A DNA stretch of 64,000 bases, from assembly GCA_902799385.1 (NCBI GenBank), contig CADCAK010000004.1, positions 7,448 through 71,447 of the forward strand, read 5' to 3'. Below the pieces are notes generated by a model that was not told the DNA's origin, did not search any database, and worked only from the letters and a program-made list of their open reading frames with translations. Of the stretch, positions 49,654-59,098 are shown piece after piece. A program made the translations under genes and the position numbers. Numbering within the stretch: position 1 is the stretch's first letter; every line of letters starts with the position of its first letter. Source of the DNA: an uncultured bacterium. GTDB taxonomy: Bacteria > Verrucomicrobiota > Kiritimatiellia > RFP12 > UBA1067.

Positions 49654-50817
49654 TCAAATGCGCTGCTCGCCGTCAATGAAGACGGCAGACGGTTTCCAGC
49701 TGCGCGGATTGATCACGACGAGGTCGGCGGTGTAGCCCTTTTCGACCTTGCCGAGCGACTTGCCCCAGCCGAGCTCAATCGCCTGGTTCCACGATGTCGT
49801 GCGCACGAGGTCCTTGAGGGGGATGCCCGTGACGTCGTGGACGTTCTTGAGGCCCATGCCCATCCAGAGCGTAGACCCGGCGAGGTTGCCGCCCTCGACG
49901 AGACGCGCCTCGCCGCCCTTGAGGAGAACCTTGAGCCCGCCCATCTCGAAAGCGTACCCGTCCTTGCAGTGCGAGCAGCGGAGCGAGTCGGTGATCATCT
50001 GGATGTGCTCGAGGCTGCGGCGCGTGAAGATGAGGTTCAGCATGTCGGGGCAGAGGTGGATCTTGTCGCAGATGACCTCGGTGTTGAGGTCCTCGACGAG
50101 GAAGCCCGCGCCGACCATGCCGATCTCGCGGTGGTGGAGCGGCGTCATCTGGTTGCAGAAGTGCGTCATGTGCCTGAGCCCGTTCCTGTAGGCGGGGACG
50201 AGGTCCCTGAACTTCGCGCCCGTGTGGCCGCAGCTCGGCACGACGCCAATCTTGAAGCACTCCTTCGCGAACTTCGCGCCGCCCTCGGTCTCGACCGCGT
50301 AGGAGATGAGCTTCACGGGATAGACCTTCGCAATCTCCTTCACTTCCCTGATTGCGGGCTTGCGGACGAACTTCGGGTTCTGCGCGCCGCAGCACTTGAC
50401 GTTGATGAACGGGCCCTCGAGGTGGATGCCGGGGACCTTCGCGTATGGCATGCCCGCGTCGGCGTAGGCCCTGGCGTTCTTCGCGGCGGCGATCAGCTCG
50501 TCGTGCGAGACGGTGAGCGTCGTCGGCAGCACGGTCGTCACGCCCTCCGCGAGCTTCGCCTTCGCGAACTCGAAGATCGCCTTGGGGTCGGCGTCGCAGA
50601 AGTCGTAGCCGAGCGCGCCGTGCGTGTGGACGTCGATGAAGCCGGGCATCACGTATTGGCCGCGCACGTCGACGACGATCGTGTTCGCGTCGGCCTTGAC
50701 GGACTTGGAGCCCTTGACGACCTGCTTGATCTTCTTGCCCTCGACGACTATCGTGGCTTTCTCGATGTCGATGCCGGGGGAAACGACGTGTGCGTTCGTG
50801 ATGACGGTCTTCTTCAT
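49654..50817 (-). CDS. nagA: N-acetylglucosamine-6-phosphate deacetylase
   Basis: Motifs PGFIDVHTHG, GVTT.LPT, GIHLEGPFI, GHT, THFCNQM, D.IH, TDS and LAGS. AGGAG RBS. Confidence 0.92.
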   Translation of the reverse strand: MKKTVITNAHVVSPGIDIEKATIVVEGKKIKQVVKGSKSVKADANTIVVDVRGQYVMPGFIDVHTHGALGYDFCDADPKAIFEFAKAKLAEGVTTVLPTTLTVSHDELIAAAKNARAYADAGMPYAKVPGIHLEGPFINVKCCGAQNPKFVRKPAIREVKEIAKVYPVKLISYAVETEGGAKFAKECFKIGVVPSCGHTGAKFRDLVPAYRNGLRHMTHFCNQMTPLHHREIGMVGAGFLVEDLNTEVICDKIHLCPDMLNLIFTRRSLEHIQMITDSLRCSHCKDGYAFEMGGLKVLLKGGEARLVEGGNLAGSTLWMGMGLKNVHDVTGIPLKDLVRTTSWNQAIELGWGKSLGKVEKGYTADLVVINPRSWKPSAVFIDGEQRI

Positions 50818-50840
50818 TGCCTAATCTCCTTGTTGGCAAG

Positions 50841-50869
50841 ATTATCCTAAAAATCGTCGGCGAAGTCAA
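50841..50869 (-). promoter_or_regulatory. Putative sigma70 promoter for nagA
   Basis: On the minus strand: TTGACT, 17 nt spacer, GATAAT. Confidence 0.5.
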
Positions 50870-50890
50870 GTGGGAAATGTCTCCTGGTTT

Positions 50891-50899
50891 TGGTATAAT
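50891..50899 (+). promoter_or_regulatory. Extended -10 element (TGGTATAAT) 7 nt before the GTG start of the KS-like gene
   Basis: TATAAT at 50894-99, GTG at 50907, no Shine-Dalgarno sequence. Confidence 0.55.
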
Positions 50900-50906
50900 A
50901 CGAAGC

Positions 50907-52310
50907 GTGGAATCTTCAGTAGCCATAGTCGGCATGTCGTGCCGATTCGCCGGGTGCCCTACGCCGTCGGCTTTCTGGAACGCCGTGATGGCGCGCCGCT
51001 GCTGCCTTGCGCCGCTCGGCCCGGACGCCGAGATCCCGTTCGGGCAGCGCAACGTCTTCGCGAGGCCCTATCCCGTGAGGATGGGCCAGCTCGGCCCTCT
51101 CTTCGCCTGCGTGCCGTCGATGCAGAACTTCCCGCGCCAGGTGAACGCGGGCGAGAATCAGGACCTGTACTTCGCGACGCAGCTCGCGTTCGACGCCCTC
51201 GCCGACGCGGGGATGCGCCCCCATTCGCCGGTCCCCGTGAAGGGTAGCGTGCGCGTCGGCTACGCGCCGCCGTTCAACGCGTCCACGGTCAACTGGCTCC
51301 AACATACGGCGTTCCTCGACCAGACGATGGACATCATACGGCGGTTCTTCCCGCATGCCCCCGAGGAGTCGCTCGAAAGCGTTACGGAGAAGCTCGTGGA
51401 GTCCCTTCCCTCGCCGAACGCCTCGTCGTTCCTGCTCGGCACCGGCTACCGCTTCGCGTCGTGGATCGCTCGCGAATGCTCGTTCGCGGGCGTGGCGACT
51501 ACGATGGACGCGGGGCTCCTCACCGGCGCCGCGACGTTGCAGGACGCAGTCGCCGACCTCGCCTCTGGGCAGGCCGACGTCGCGCTTGTCGGCTCGCTTA
51601 CGCCGCCGATCCCGCGCGCCTATCTCGAAGGCCTCTCCGGCGAGGTGCCGTTTTCGGTGCGCACGGAGCTGCATCCCTTTGCACAGGACCAGGACGGCAC
51701 GATACCCGGCGAGGGCGGCGCGTTCTTTGTCCTCAAGCGCCGCGCCGACGCGCTTCGCGACCACGACCGCGTCTACGCGCTCGTGCGCTCCATTGCGATA
51801 GGCCACAACCCGGAGGACGACCCGTCCGCCATCCTGGCGCAGGCGACCGAGGGCAGCGGCATTCCCGTCAAGACGATTGGCCTCGTCGAGGCCGACGGCT
51901 CCGGCATAGCGGTCGCCGAGCGCCGCGAGATCGATGCCGTCCACCGGCTCTGGGGCGAGCACCGCCCCGGCGGGCCGCTCGTCGCGATCGGCTCGGTAAA
52001 GGGCAACATAGGCCACACTCTCCGCGCGGCGATGGCGGCGGGCGTCGTTAAGGCAGCGCTCGCGCTCTTCCGCCGCGTCCTTCCGCCGCAGGTGCCGCAG
52101 GAGCATCCGCACGATTCGCTCGCCAACCTCGCGTCGAGCGCATATCTCCTAGACGAGGCGCGTCCGTGGATAACGGGCGATAGCTCCAGTCCGCGCCGCG
52201 CGGCGGTGCTTGGCGCTAACTTCGACGCGATCGACCCGGTGGGCGGTGCGGCGAAGGGCGGCCGCGCGGCGGCGGTGGTGCTCGAGGAGGAACCGGAGGA
52301 CAGGCCGTGA
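50907..52310 (+). CDS. Type I PKS-like ketosynthase domain protein, catalytically degenerate
   Basis: Motifs VAIVGMSCRF.G, DALADAG, DGT.PGEG, LKR..DA.RD.DRVYA and GSVKGNIGH. The DxAC Cys site reads DAGL and HGTG reads DGSG. Confidence 0.8.
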   Translation: MESSVAIVGMSCRFAGCPTPSAFWNAVMARRCCLAPLGPDAEIPFGQRNVFARPYPVRMGQLGPLFACVPSMQNFPRQVNAGENQDLYFATQLAFDALADAGMRPHSPVPVKGSVRVGYAPPFNASTVNWLQHTAFLDQTMDIIRRFFPHAPEESLESVTEKLVESLPSPNASSFLLGTGYRFASWIARECSFAGVATTMDAGLLTGAATLQDAVADLASGQADVALVGSLTPPIPRAYLEGLSGEVPFSVRTELHPFAQDQDGTIPGEGGAFFVLKRRADALRDHDRVYALVRSIAIGHNPEDDPSAILAQATEGSGIPVKTIGLVEADGSGIAVAERREIDAVHRLWGEHRPGGPLVAIGSVKGNIGHTLRAAMAAGVVKAALALFRRVLPPQVPQEHPHDSLANLASSAYLLDEARPWITGDSSSPRRAAVLGANFDAIDPVGGAAKGGRAAAVVLEEEPEDRP

Positions 52311-55300
52311 CAGCGGACTTCGGCGAGACAGGGAGAAGCGAGCTCGTCCTCGTGTCGGCGGCGGACGACGCCTCGCTCATCGGCGAGATATCGCGTATCG
52401 TGGCGTTTCTCGACCGCACCCCCGACGCGCCCCTTGCCGACGTCGCCTACACGTGTTCGCTTGCCGGCGGCCCTGCCGTCCTCGCGCTCGTGGTCTCAAG
52501 CGTCGGCGAGCTGAGGACCCGCCTCTTCTCGGCGCGTTCGCGCATTGCGGCGGGCGCGGCGCGGATACGCGACAAGAGCGGCACGTACTACTTCAGGGAG
52601 CATCTCGTCGGCGCCGGCGCCGGCAAGCTCGCGTTCGTCTACCCCGGCGTGATGGGCTACTACCCCGACATGCTGCGCGACATAGCGATACTCCACCCCG
52701 AATGCCGCTCGGCGTTCGACGAGCTCGAGGAGGCGCTTTCCGACGACCCCGACTTCACGCCGTCGAGCTTTATCTTCCCCCCGGCACCGTACTACCGCCA
52801 CGACGCCGACATCTTCAGCTCCGGCGCGTACGCGCAGGCGTTCGTCGCGTCGTTCGCCGGCTGCGTCGCGATGACGCGGCTTATGGGAGCCCTCGGCGTC
52901 AGCCCCGACGGCGTCGTCGGCTGCGTCGGAGGCGACCTTGCGGCGGTGATGCGTTCTGGCGCGGCCGGCGTCGACAACCCGAGGCCGGTCAGGGTCCGCG
53001 CCATACGCGAGATATACAGGATAGTGGACAAGGCGGTGGACCACGCGGGGTTGCCGAAGACGGCGATGATCTCGGTACTGCTCAAGCACGAGGGCGAGGC
53101 GGACGAGGTCGTGAAGGGCTTCCCGCCCGACAAGGTGGCGCTCGCGCTCGACTTCTCGCCGCGCCAGCGCACGTACGCCGTCGCGTCCGACTACGAGGAG
53201 GCTGCGCTTAAGGCGTTCGCCGACGCCGGCGTTAGGACGATGAAGCTCGCGTTGGAACGGCCTTTCAACACGTCGAAGTGCAAGCCGATAGTTGCAGGCG
53301 TCAAGAAGTTTGCGGGCGACTGGATGAAGCACGAGGCGGTTTGCGACGTCTATTCGTGCGCACAGGCCGACAGGCTCCCGCGAAAGGCGCGCCCCTCGCG
53401 CAACGACACCGCCGAGCGCTGGGCGCAGCCCGTCAGGTTCCGGGAGACGATACTGAAGATGCACGCCGACGGCTACCGCATCTTCCTCGAAGTTGGCCCG
53501 CGGGGGCTGATGACGGCGGCGGTCGCCGAGACGCTGAAGGATTCCGACTTCGCCGCGATAGCGCTCAACTCGATACACCGTCGCGGCGTTTTGCAGGCAT
53601 GCCACGCGATAGGCCAGCTTGCCGCGCACGGCGCGAAGCTCGACTTCTCCAAGGCGTTCGCGCGCCGCCGCGTCAGGCGTCTCGACTTCGACGCGGCCCT
53701 GCCGCTTGAGGTCCGCCGCGACGCGGAGATGCGCCTTTCGAGCGCCTTCCCCCGGCTTACGCTGCTCGGCGACGAGACGTTTCTCCATGGCGCGGACTTC
53801 CTTTCCGAGCCGGCGGGGCGCGGCGCCAAGGCCGCAAGGCGCGCCGCCGCAGTCGCCGCCAAGGCCCGTCGCCAGCGCCAGTTCGACTTCGGCGCGTCGA
53901 ACCCGCTTGTCTCCGACGCCGACATCCTTGCGCAGAGCCCCGGCGTGTCCGTCGAGGTCTTGAAGACGTTCCGCACCGCCGATGCGCCGTTCCTCGCCGA
54001 CTTCGCCCTCGGCGCGAGCCAGCTTTCTTATTCCGACCCGAACCTCAAGGGGCTCGTCACGCTGTCCATCCCGGTTGCCGCCGAGATAATGGCCGAAGTC
54101 GCGCGGATGATCGTCCCGAACAGGACGCTCGTATCCATAGAGAACATGGCATGCAGGCGCATGGTCGCCTTTGCCGGCGGCGAGTTGAAGCTCTTCGTCA
54201 AGGCCGAGCGGGTGGCGTCGGGCGACGCGAAGCTCGCGGCGGTCAGGGTGCAGATACGTGACGACTCGCCGAACTCCGCGTACACGTGGCCGGTTATGGA
54301 CGGCGTGTTCGTCATGGCCGACGGACACGCGCCGACGGTCCCCGTGTCGCCGCCGACGATGTTCAAGCCGCGTAGCGTCCACTGGTCTGGCCGCGACATA
54401 TATCCATCGCGCCTGTGCTTCGGGCGGCGGCTGAGGGGCGTGAGGTTCGTCGAGGCGTGGAGCGAGTCGGGGCTCGACTACGAGGTCGAGGTCCCGTCGC
54501 TCTCCGACGCCGTAGTGTTCACGCGCTTTCCGCTGTGGATCGTCAACCCGCTGCTTCTCGGCGCGGTGACGAGCGGCTTTGCGCTCTGGCGCAGCCACGA
54601 GAAGTTCACCGGCGCGTTCTCGTTCCCGTTCCGCCTGAGGAAGCTCGAGCTGCTCGGCTCGCAGCCGCACGAGGGCTCGCGGCTGAAGTGCTACCTGCGG
54701 CTCACGGGCGTTACGCCGAAGTCGCATGTCTGCGATATAACGGTGACGGACGGCAACGGGGCGGCGGCCATGTCGATCTCCGGCTGGGAGGAGCTGACCG
54801 AGCGCGTCCCCGCCGAATACCGCGAGCTCGTCCTCCAGCCCGCCAACGCCTTCCTGACGCGCCGCGTCTCGGCCGACATGCTCGGCGACCCGGCGACCGA
54901 CGCCGCCAGCGCGTTCATCACCGACATCCCGTACCACATCTTCGAGCGCAACGAGGAGCTGTGGCTCAAGACGCTTTCGCACGTCGTCCTCGGCGCGCAG
55001 GAGCGCGACGAGTTCCGCAGCATGCCCGGCTCGGCTTCGCGCCGCACGGAGTGGCTGTTCGGCAGGGTGGCCGCGAAGGAGGCCGTCAGGCGCTATCTCA
55101 AGGACTTCCACCAGGCGAGGTGGAGCGACGCGGACATACAGATATGGCGCGACGACTCCGGCAAGCCCCACGCGCTGGGCCAGTGGGGCGACTACCTCTC
55201 GGAGAGGATCGACATAGCTATCGCGCACACGGCGCAGTTCGTAGTCGCGCTCGCGGCGGCAAACGCGCGCGTCGGCGTCGACGTCGAGTCAGCGACGCGC

Positions 55301-55633
55301 GACCTTTCCGAGGAGTTTACCGCAGGCGTGTTCGTCCCCGAGGAGCTTGAGCTTGCGGCGAACGCGGCGAACGCCTCGCAGGCCATCATCAGGTTCTGGT
55401 GCGCGAAGGAGGCCGTCTCCAAGGCCCTCGGCACGGGGATACGCTACAGTCCGCGCGAGATGCGCGTCGCCGACTACCAGCCGGACGCAGGCAGGATCGT
55501 CGTCCGGCTCGAAGGCGCGTGGCTCGACGCGTTCAAGAAATTCCGCGGCCGCGACATCGAGGTCGTCTCGCGCGTGATGAGGGAGCACGCGCTTGCATTC
55601 TGCTTCATTCCCATGATGTTGTTCGATGAATAG
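52307..55633 (+). CDS. Fusion of a degenerate acyltransferase, a degenerate PKS dehydratase and a C-terminal Sfp-type 4'-phosphopantetheinyl transferase
   Basis: AT motifs KLAFVYPG and PVRF..T...M..DG..IFLEVGP, with GHSxG replaced by GCVGG. DH-like hot-dog region lacking its His and Asp. PPTase motifs GR.AAKEA, GKP, AHT, VGVDVE and FWCAKEAVSKALGTG. Confidence 0.8.
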   Translation: MTADFGETGRSELVLVSAADDASLIGEISRIVAFLDRTPDAPLADVAYTCSLAGGPAVLALVVSSVGELRTRLFSARSRIAAGAARIRDKSGTYYFREHLVGAGAGKLAFVYPGVMGYYPDMLRDIAILHPECRSAFDELEEALSDDPDFTPSSFIFPPAPYYRHDADIFSSGAYAQAFVASFAGCVAMTRLMGALGVSPDGVVGCVGGDLAAVMRSGAAGVDNPRPVRVRAIREIYRIVDKAVDHAGLPKTAMISVLLKHEGEADEVVKGFPPDKVALALDFSPRQRTYAVASDYEEAALKAFADAGVRTMKLALERPFNTSKCKPIVAGVKKFAGDWMKHEAVCDVYSCAQADRLPRKARPSRNDTAERWAQPVRFRETILKMHADGYRIFLEVGPRGLMTAAVAETLKDSDFAAIALNSIHRRGVLQACHAIGQLAAHGAKLDFSKAFARRRVRRLDFDAALPLEVRRDAEMRLSSAFPRLTLLGDETFLHGADFLSEPAGRGAKAARRAAAVAAKARRQRQFDFGASNPLVSDADILAQSPGVSVEVLKTFRTADAPFLADFALGASQLSYSDPNLKGLVTLSIPVAAEIMAEVARMIVPNRTLVSIENMACRRMVAFAGGELKLFVKAERVASGDAKLAAVRVQIRDDSPNSAYTWPVMDGVFVMADGHAPTVPVSPPTMFKPRSVHWSGRDIYPSRLCFGRRLRGVRFVEAWSESGLDYEVEVPSLSDAVVFTRFPLWIVNPLLLGAVTSGFALWRSHEKFTGAFSFPFRLRKLELLGSQPHEGSRLKCYLRLTGVTPKSHVCDITVTDGNGAAAMSISGWEELTERVPAEYRELVLQPANAFLTRRVSADMLGDPATDAASAFITDIPYHIFERNEELWLKTLSHVVLGAQERDEFRSMPGSASRRTEWLFGRVAAKEAVRRYLKDFHQARWSDADIQIWRDDSGKPHALGQWGDYLSERIDIAIAHTAQFVVALAAANARVGVDVESATRDLSEEFTAGVFVPEELELAANAANASQAIIRFWCAKEAVSKALGTGIRYSPREMRVADYQPDAGRIVVRLEGAWLDAFKKFRGRDIEVVSRVMREHALAFCFIPMMLFDE

Positions 55634-56396
55634 CATGGATCCATTTGGTGAGCTCAGCCCGGGCCGCTCGCTGCCGCCGGGGCTGAAGCAGAGGTTCCCA
55701 GACCGCGTGCTCGTGATGACGACAGACCGCTGCTTCGGCGTCTGCCCGCACTGCACGCGCAAGTTCATCCTCGGCAGGTCTCCCGTAGTCGATTCGCCGG
55801 AGAGGCTTTCCGCCTGCGTCGGATACGTGAAGCGCCATCCGAAGGTGAGGGATGTGCTCCTTTCCGGCGGCGACGTCCTTGCGCTTCCCGACCCGGCGGT
55901 CGCGCGGTTCGTCGAGGCGTTTGCGGAGCTCGGCCAGATAGAGGTCGTCAGGATATGCACGCGTGCGCCCGTTTCCAATCCGTCCCGTATAACGGCGCGG
56001 CTTGCGCGGCTCCTGGCCCGCGTCGGGCGCGGCAAGGTCTGGGCGAACGTCCACGTCAACACGGCGGGCGAGGCGAGGATTGCGCGCGAGGCTGCGGCGC
56101 GGCTTGTCGGCTGCGGCATCCCCGTCTCGTCGCAGACGGTGCTACTCAGGGGCGTGAACGACACGCCGCGCAAGATGCTTGCGCTTCTCCGCGCGCTTTC
56201 CGCCGCGAGGATAAGGCCCTACTACGTCTTCCAGTGCGATCCCGTGGAGGGGCTTCAGGAGCGCTTTGGCGTTCCGCTCGCCCGCGCCAGGGAGATCGAG
56301 GCCTACTGCGCCGAGCGAATAGGCGGTCTCGCGCTTCCGCGCTTCGTAGCCGACCTTCCCGGCGCAAGGCGCAAGACGCCGCTTGACCTTCTCTGA
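55626..56396 (+). CDS. Minimal KamA/EpmB-family radical SAM protein (lysine 2,3-aminomutase-like)
   Basis: DRVL...DRCFGVCPHCTRK (CxxxCxxC), VLLSGGD, QTVLLRGVND, PYYVFQCD and LP.FV.D.PG...K. Confidence 0.8.
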   Translation: MNSMDPFGELSPGRSLPPGLKQRFPDRVLVMTTDRCFGVCPHCTRKFILGRSPVVDSPERLSACVGYVKRHPKVRDVLLSGGDVLALPDPAVARFVEAFAELGQIEVVRICTRAPVSNPSRITARLARLLARVGRGKVWANVHVNTAGEARIAREAAARLVGCGIPVSSQTVLLRGVNDTPRKMLALLRALSAARIRPYYVFQCDPVEGLQERFGVPLARAREIEAYCAERIGGLALPRFVADLPGARRKTPLDLL

Positions 56397-56470
56397 GGCG
56401 CCCACCGGGCCCCTGCGGCCATGCCGAAGCCGGCATCGCCGGGCGCCTTGGCATCGCTACGCGTTCGACA

Positions 56471-56500
56471 TTGCCTTTTGCCTGCGAAATAGTGTATAAT
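56471..56500 (+). promoter_or_regulatory. Putative sigma70 promoter for ettA
   Basis: TTGCCT (56471-76), 18 nt spacer, TATAAT (56495-500). Confidence 0.5.
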
Positions 56501-56540
56501 GTCTGCCACTTTAACGTCAACTTTACCAATCAACTTTGCT

Positions 56541-58145
56541 ATGGCAGGCGAATACCAGTTCAGTTTGATCGACGTCACGAAGCAGGTCGGCACCAAGACG
56601 ATCCTGAAGGACGTCAACCTCTCGTTCTTCTACGGCGCGCACATCGGCGTCATTGGCGCAAATGGCGCGGGCAAGTCGTCGCTCCTCAAGATCCTCGCAG
56701 GTCTCGACACAGACCTCATGGGAACAGTGCAGGTCGCGAAGGGCACCAAGGTCGGGTATCTCCCGCAGGAGCCGGAGCTCGACGACTCCAAGACCGTCCT
56801 CGAAACGGTGATGGAAGGTGTCGCGGACGCGCAAGCGATGGTGACGCGCTACGAGGACCTTTGCTGCGAGCTCGACGACCCGAAGGCCGCCGCAGAGATG
56901 GAGCGGCTTCAGGCGATTATCGACGCGAACGACTACTGGAACCTCGAGAACCTCGTCGAACGGCGCATGGCGGATCTTGGTTGCCCAGACGGGTCGAAGC
57001 AAGTCGGCATCCTTTCTGGCGGCGAGCGCCGTCGCGTCGCGATTACGCGGCTTCTTCTCTCGAACCCCGACGTCCTTCTCCTCGACGAACCTACGAACCA
57101 CCTCGACGCCGAGACTACCTTCCGCCTCGAGGCGTACTTGAAGGAGTTCAAGGGAACGCTTATCGTCGTCACTCACGACCGCTATTTCCTCTCCGACGTC
57201 ACCGAGTGGATTCTCGAGCTTGACCACGGCATATGCTATCCCTACAAGGGCAACTACGAAGAGTGGCTAAAGCAGAAGGAGGCGATGCTCGCGCGCGAGG
57301 CGAAGGTTGAGAAGTCGAGGCAGAAGCTTCTTGAGAACGAGCTCAAGTGGATCCAGACGAATCCCTCTGGCCGCCACGCGAAGGCAAAGGCCCGCGTCGA
57401 GCGCTACGAGGAACTGCAGAAGCAGGAGGTCTCGACGCGCGAAGACGATCTCGTCATCCGCATACCGCCTGGGCCCCGGCTCGGCGACCTCGTCGTCCGC
57501 GCGGAGCATGTCAAGATGGCGTTTGGCGACCAGGTGCTTTACACGGACCTCAACTTCGACTTGCCGCGCGGCGGCATAGTAGGCGTCATCGGCGCGAACG
57601 GTGCGGGCAAGACGACGCTCTTCAAGCTCATCACGGGGCAGCTCAAGCCGGTGGAGGGCTCTTTCAAGGTCGGCGACACGGTGAAGCTCTCGTATGTAGA
57701 CCAGGCGAGAAGCGAGCTCAAACCCGACGAGACGGTCTACGAGGCGATAACGGGCGGTGGCGAGTTCGTTAAGCTCGCTGGCACTACGATGATGAACGGC
57801 CGCGCCTACTGTAGCCGCTTCAACTTCCGCGGCCCCGAGCAGCAGAAGAAAGTCGGCGTCCTCTCGGGCGGCGAGCGCAACCGCGTCCATCTTGCAAAGC
57901 TCCTCACCTCTGGCGGCAACCTCCTTCTTCTCGACGAACCGACGAACGACCTCGATGTCGCGACGCTTCGCTCCTTGGAAGAGGGCCTTCAGGACTTCGG
58001 CGGCTGCGTGATGGTTGTCTCGCACGACCGCTGGTTCCTTGACCGAATTGCGACGCACATCCTCGCGTTTGAAGGAAAGGGCAAGACGACCTGGTTCGAG
58101 GGAAGCTACTCGGAGTACCACGAAGCGCTCGCAAAGCGCAAGTAG
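56541..58145 (+). CDS. ettA: ABC-F energy-dependent translational throttle protein (EttA/ChvD)
   Basis: Motifs LSFF.GA.IGV.G.NGAGKS, LSGGERRRV, LDEPTNHLDAE, IPPGPRLG and LSGGERNR. Two ABC domains and no TM segments. Confidence 0.92.
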   Translation: MAGEYQFSLIDVTKQVGTKTILKDVNLSFFYGAHIGVIGANGAGKSSLLKILAGLDTDLMGTVQVAKGTKVGYLPQEPELDDSKTVLETVMEGVADAQAMVTRYEDLCCELDDPKAAAEMERLQAIIDANDYWNLENLVERRMADLGCPDGSKQVGILSGGERRRVAITRLLLSNPDVLLLDEPTNHLDAETTFRLEAYLKEFKGTLIVVTHDRYFLSDVTEWILELDHGICYPYKGNYEEWLKQKEAMLAREAKVEKSRQKLLENELKWIQTNPSGRHAKAKARVERYEELQKQEVSTREDDLVIRIPPGPRLGDLVVRAEHVKMAFGDQVLYTDLNFDLPRGGIVGVIGANGAGKTTLFKLITGQLKPVEGSFKVGDTVKLSYVDQARSELKPDETVYEAITGGGEFVKLAGTTMMNGRAYCSRFNFRGPEQQKKVGVLSGGERNRVHLAKLLTSGGNLLLLDEPTNDLDVATLRSLEEGLQDFGGCVMVVSHDRWFLDRIATHILAFEGKGKTTWFEGSYSEYHEALAKRK

Positions 58146-58170
58146 GCGGAATCGGCGGCGCAATGCATTA

Positions 58171-58179
58171 TGGTATAAT
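58171..58179 (+). promoter_or_regulatory. Extended -10 element (TGGTATAAT) 7 nt before a TTG start
   Basis: TATAAT at 58174-79, TTG at 58187, no Shine-Dalgarno sequence. Confidence 0.5.
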
Positions 58180-58186
58180 ATAGACC

Positions 58187-59098
58187 TTGGCTATTCTCTC
58201 GACAATCCTGCTCGTGGCGCTTACGCGCGCCGAAATCATCGACCGGTTCAAGGCCGCGCCGGTGACGCAGCTTGACGGCCTCGTCCAGGTCTACGGCGAC
58301 TGTCCTGCCGACATGCGCCGCGAATACCAGCTTCCGGTCGCGTCGTTCACTTCCGACATCTGCCGCAAGCTATATGCCGCCGAGCGCAAGAGGCAGGTGA
58401 AGTTCGCCGACCCCGGCATAATAATCCGCATCGGTGACGTTCGCACAAACATCACCGACGTGATCGCCCGTCCCGCGACGCGCGACGGCGGCGCAAAGTT
58501 CACGCGCATATACCTGCCGTCGCCGTCCGGCGCGGACCTCGGGAAGCTGCGCCACGAGGTCGTTCGCGCGTTCTACCGCGCCGTCGACGGCGTAAATCTC
58601 GACGACACAGGCGTCACGAGGAAGCTGCGCGAGTCCGACCCCGTGACGCGCGTCGAGGACATCCAGGCCGAGGTCGCCGCATGGCGCGAGCGCGGCGAAT
58701 ACGCCGAGGGCAAGACGGACGATGACTACCTGAAGATGCTGCGAGGCGTACACCTGCCGGGGGTGGCGACGAAGGCCGATGTATCCACTTTCGCCTCTCG
58801 GCTCTTCCTATATCCCGAGCTTTATGCCATGCCGTTCTGCGGCAAGTACGCCGCGTGCTCTTTCCGGGAGGCGGTTCCGCTTGCAAAGGAAGACCCGCTT
58901 GTCCGCCTTGCGGCGTACCAGAAGATACAGTCGCTGATGCTGTTCGGCTCGGGTCACGGTGACAAGATGAACGAAGCCGTTGAGGCGTACGCGAAGTTCC
59001 TTCTCGAGCTTGCGAGGTTCAAGCTCTCCGGCGAGGAACTGTTGAATCTTTTGGACTCTGCGGACACGAAACTGAAAGGAGTGCTCGAAGAAGAATGA
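58187..59098 (+). CDS. Hypothetical protein with a short hydrophobic N-terminus
   Basis: 303-aa ORF with host-like codon usage and an ATGA overlap with argH. Confidence 0.7.
   Translation: MAILSTILLVALTRAEIIDRFKAAPVTQLDGLVQVYGDCPADMRREYQLPVASFTSDICRKLYAAERKRQVKFADPGIIIRIGDVRTNITDVIARPATRDGGAKFTRIYLPSPSGADLGKLRHEVVRAFYRAVDGVNLDDTGVTRKLRESDPVTRVEDIQAEVAAWRERGEYAEGKTDDDYLKMLRGVHLPGVATKADVSTFASRLFLYPELYAMPFCGKYAACSFREAVPLAKEDPLVRLAAYQKIQSLMLFGSGHGDKMNEAVEAYAKFLLELARFKLSGEELLNLLDSADTKLKGVLEEE

Noticed and set aside
50907-56396. Functional polyketide/PUFA biosynthetic cluster
   Set aside because: Catalytic residues are missing and there is no ACP, KR or ER in the window, so it is reported as a degenerate or repurposed locus instead.
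56397-56448. Nested inverted repeat AGGCGCCC..ATGCCG/CGGCAT..GGGCGCCT after the KamA-like gene
   Set aside because: No U-tract and no second copy, so there is not enough to call a terminator, riboswitch or repeat.
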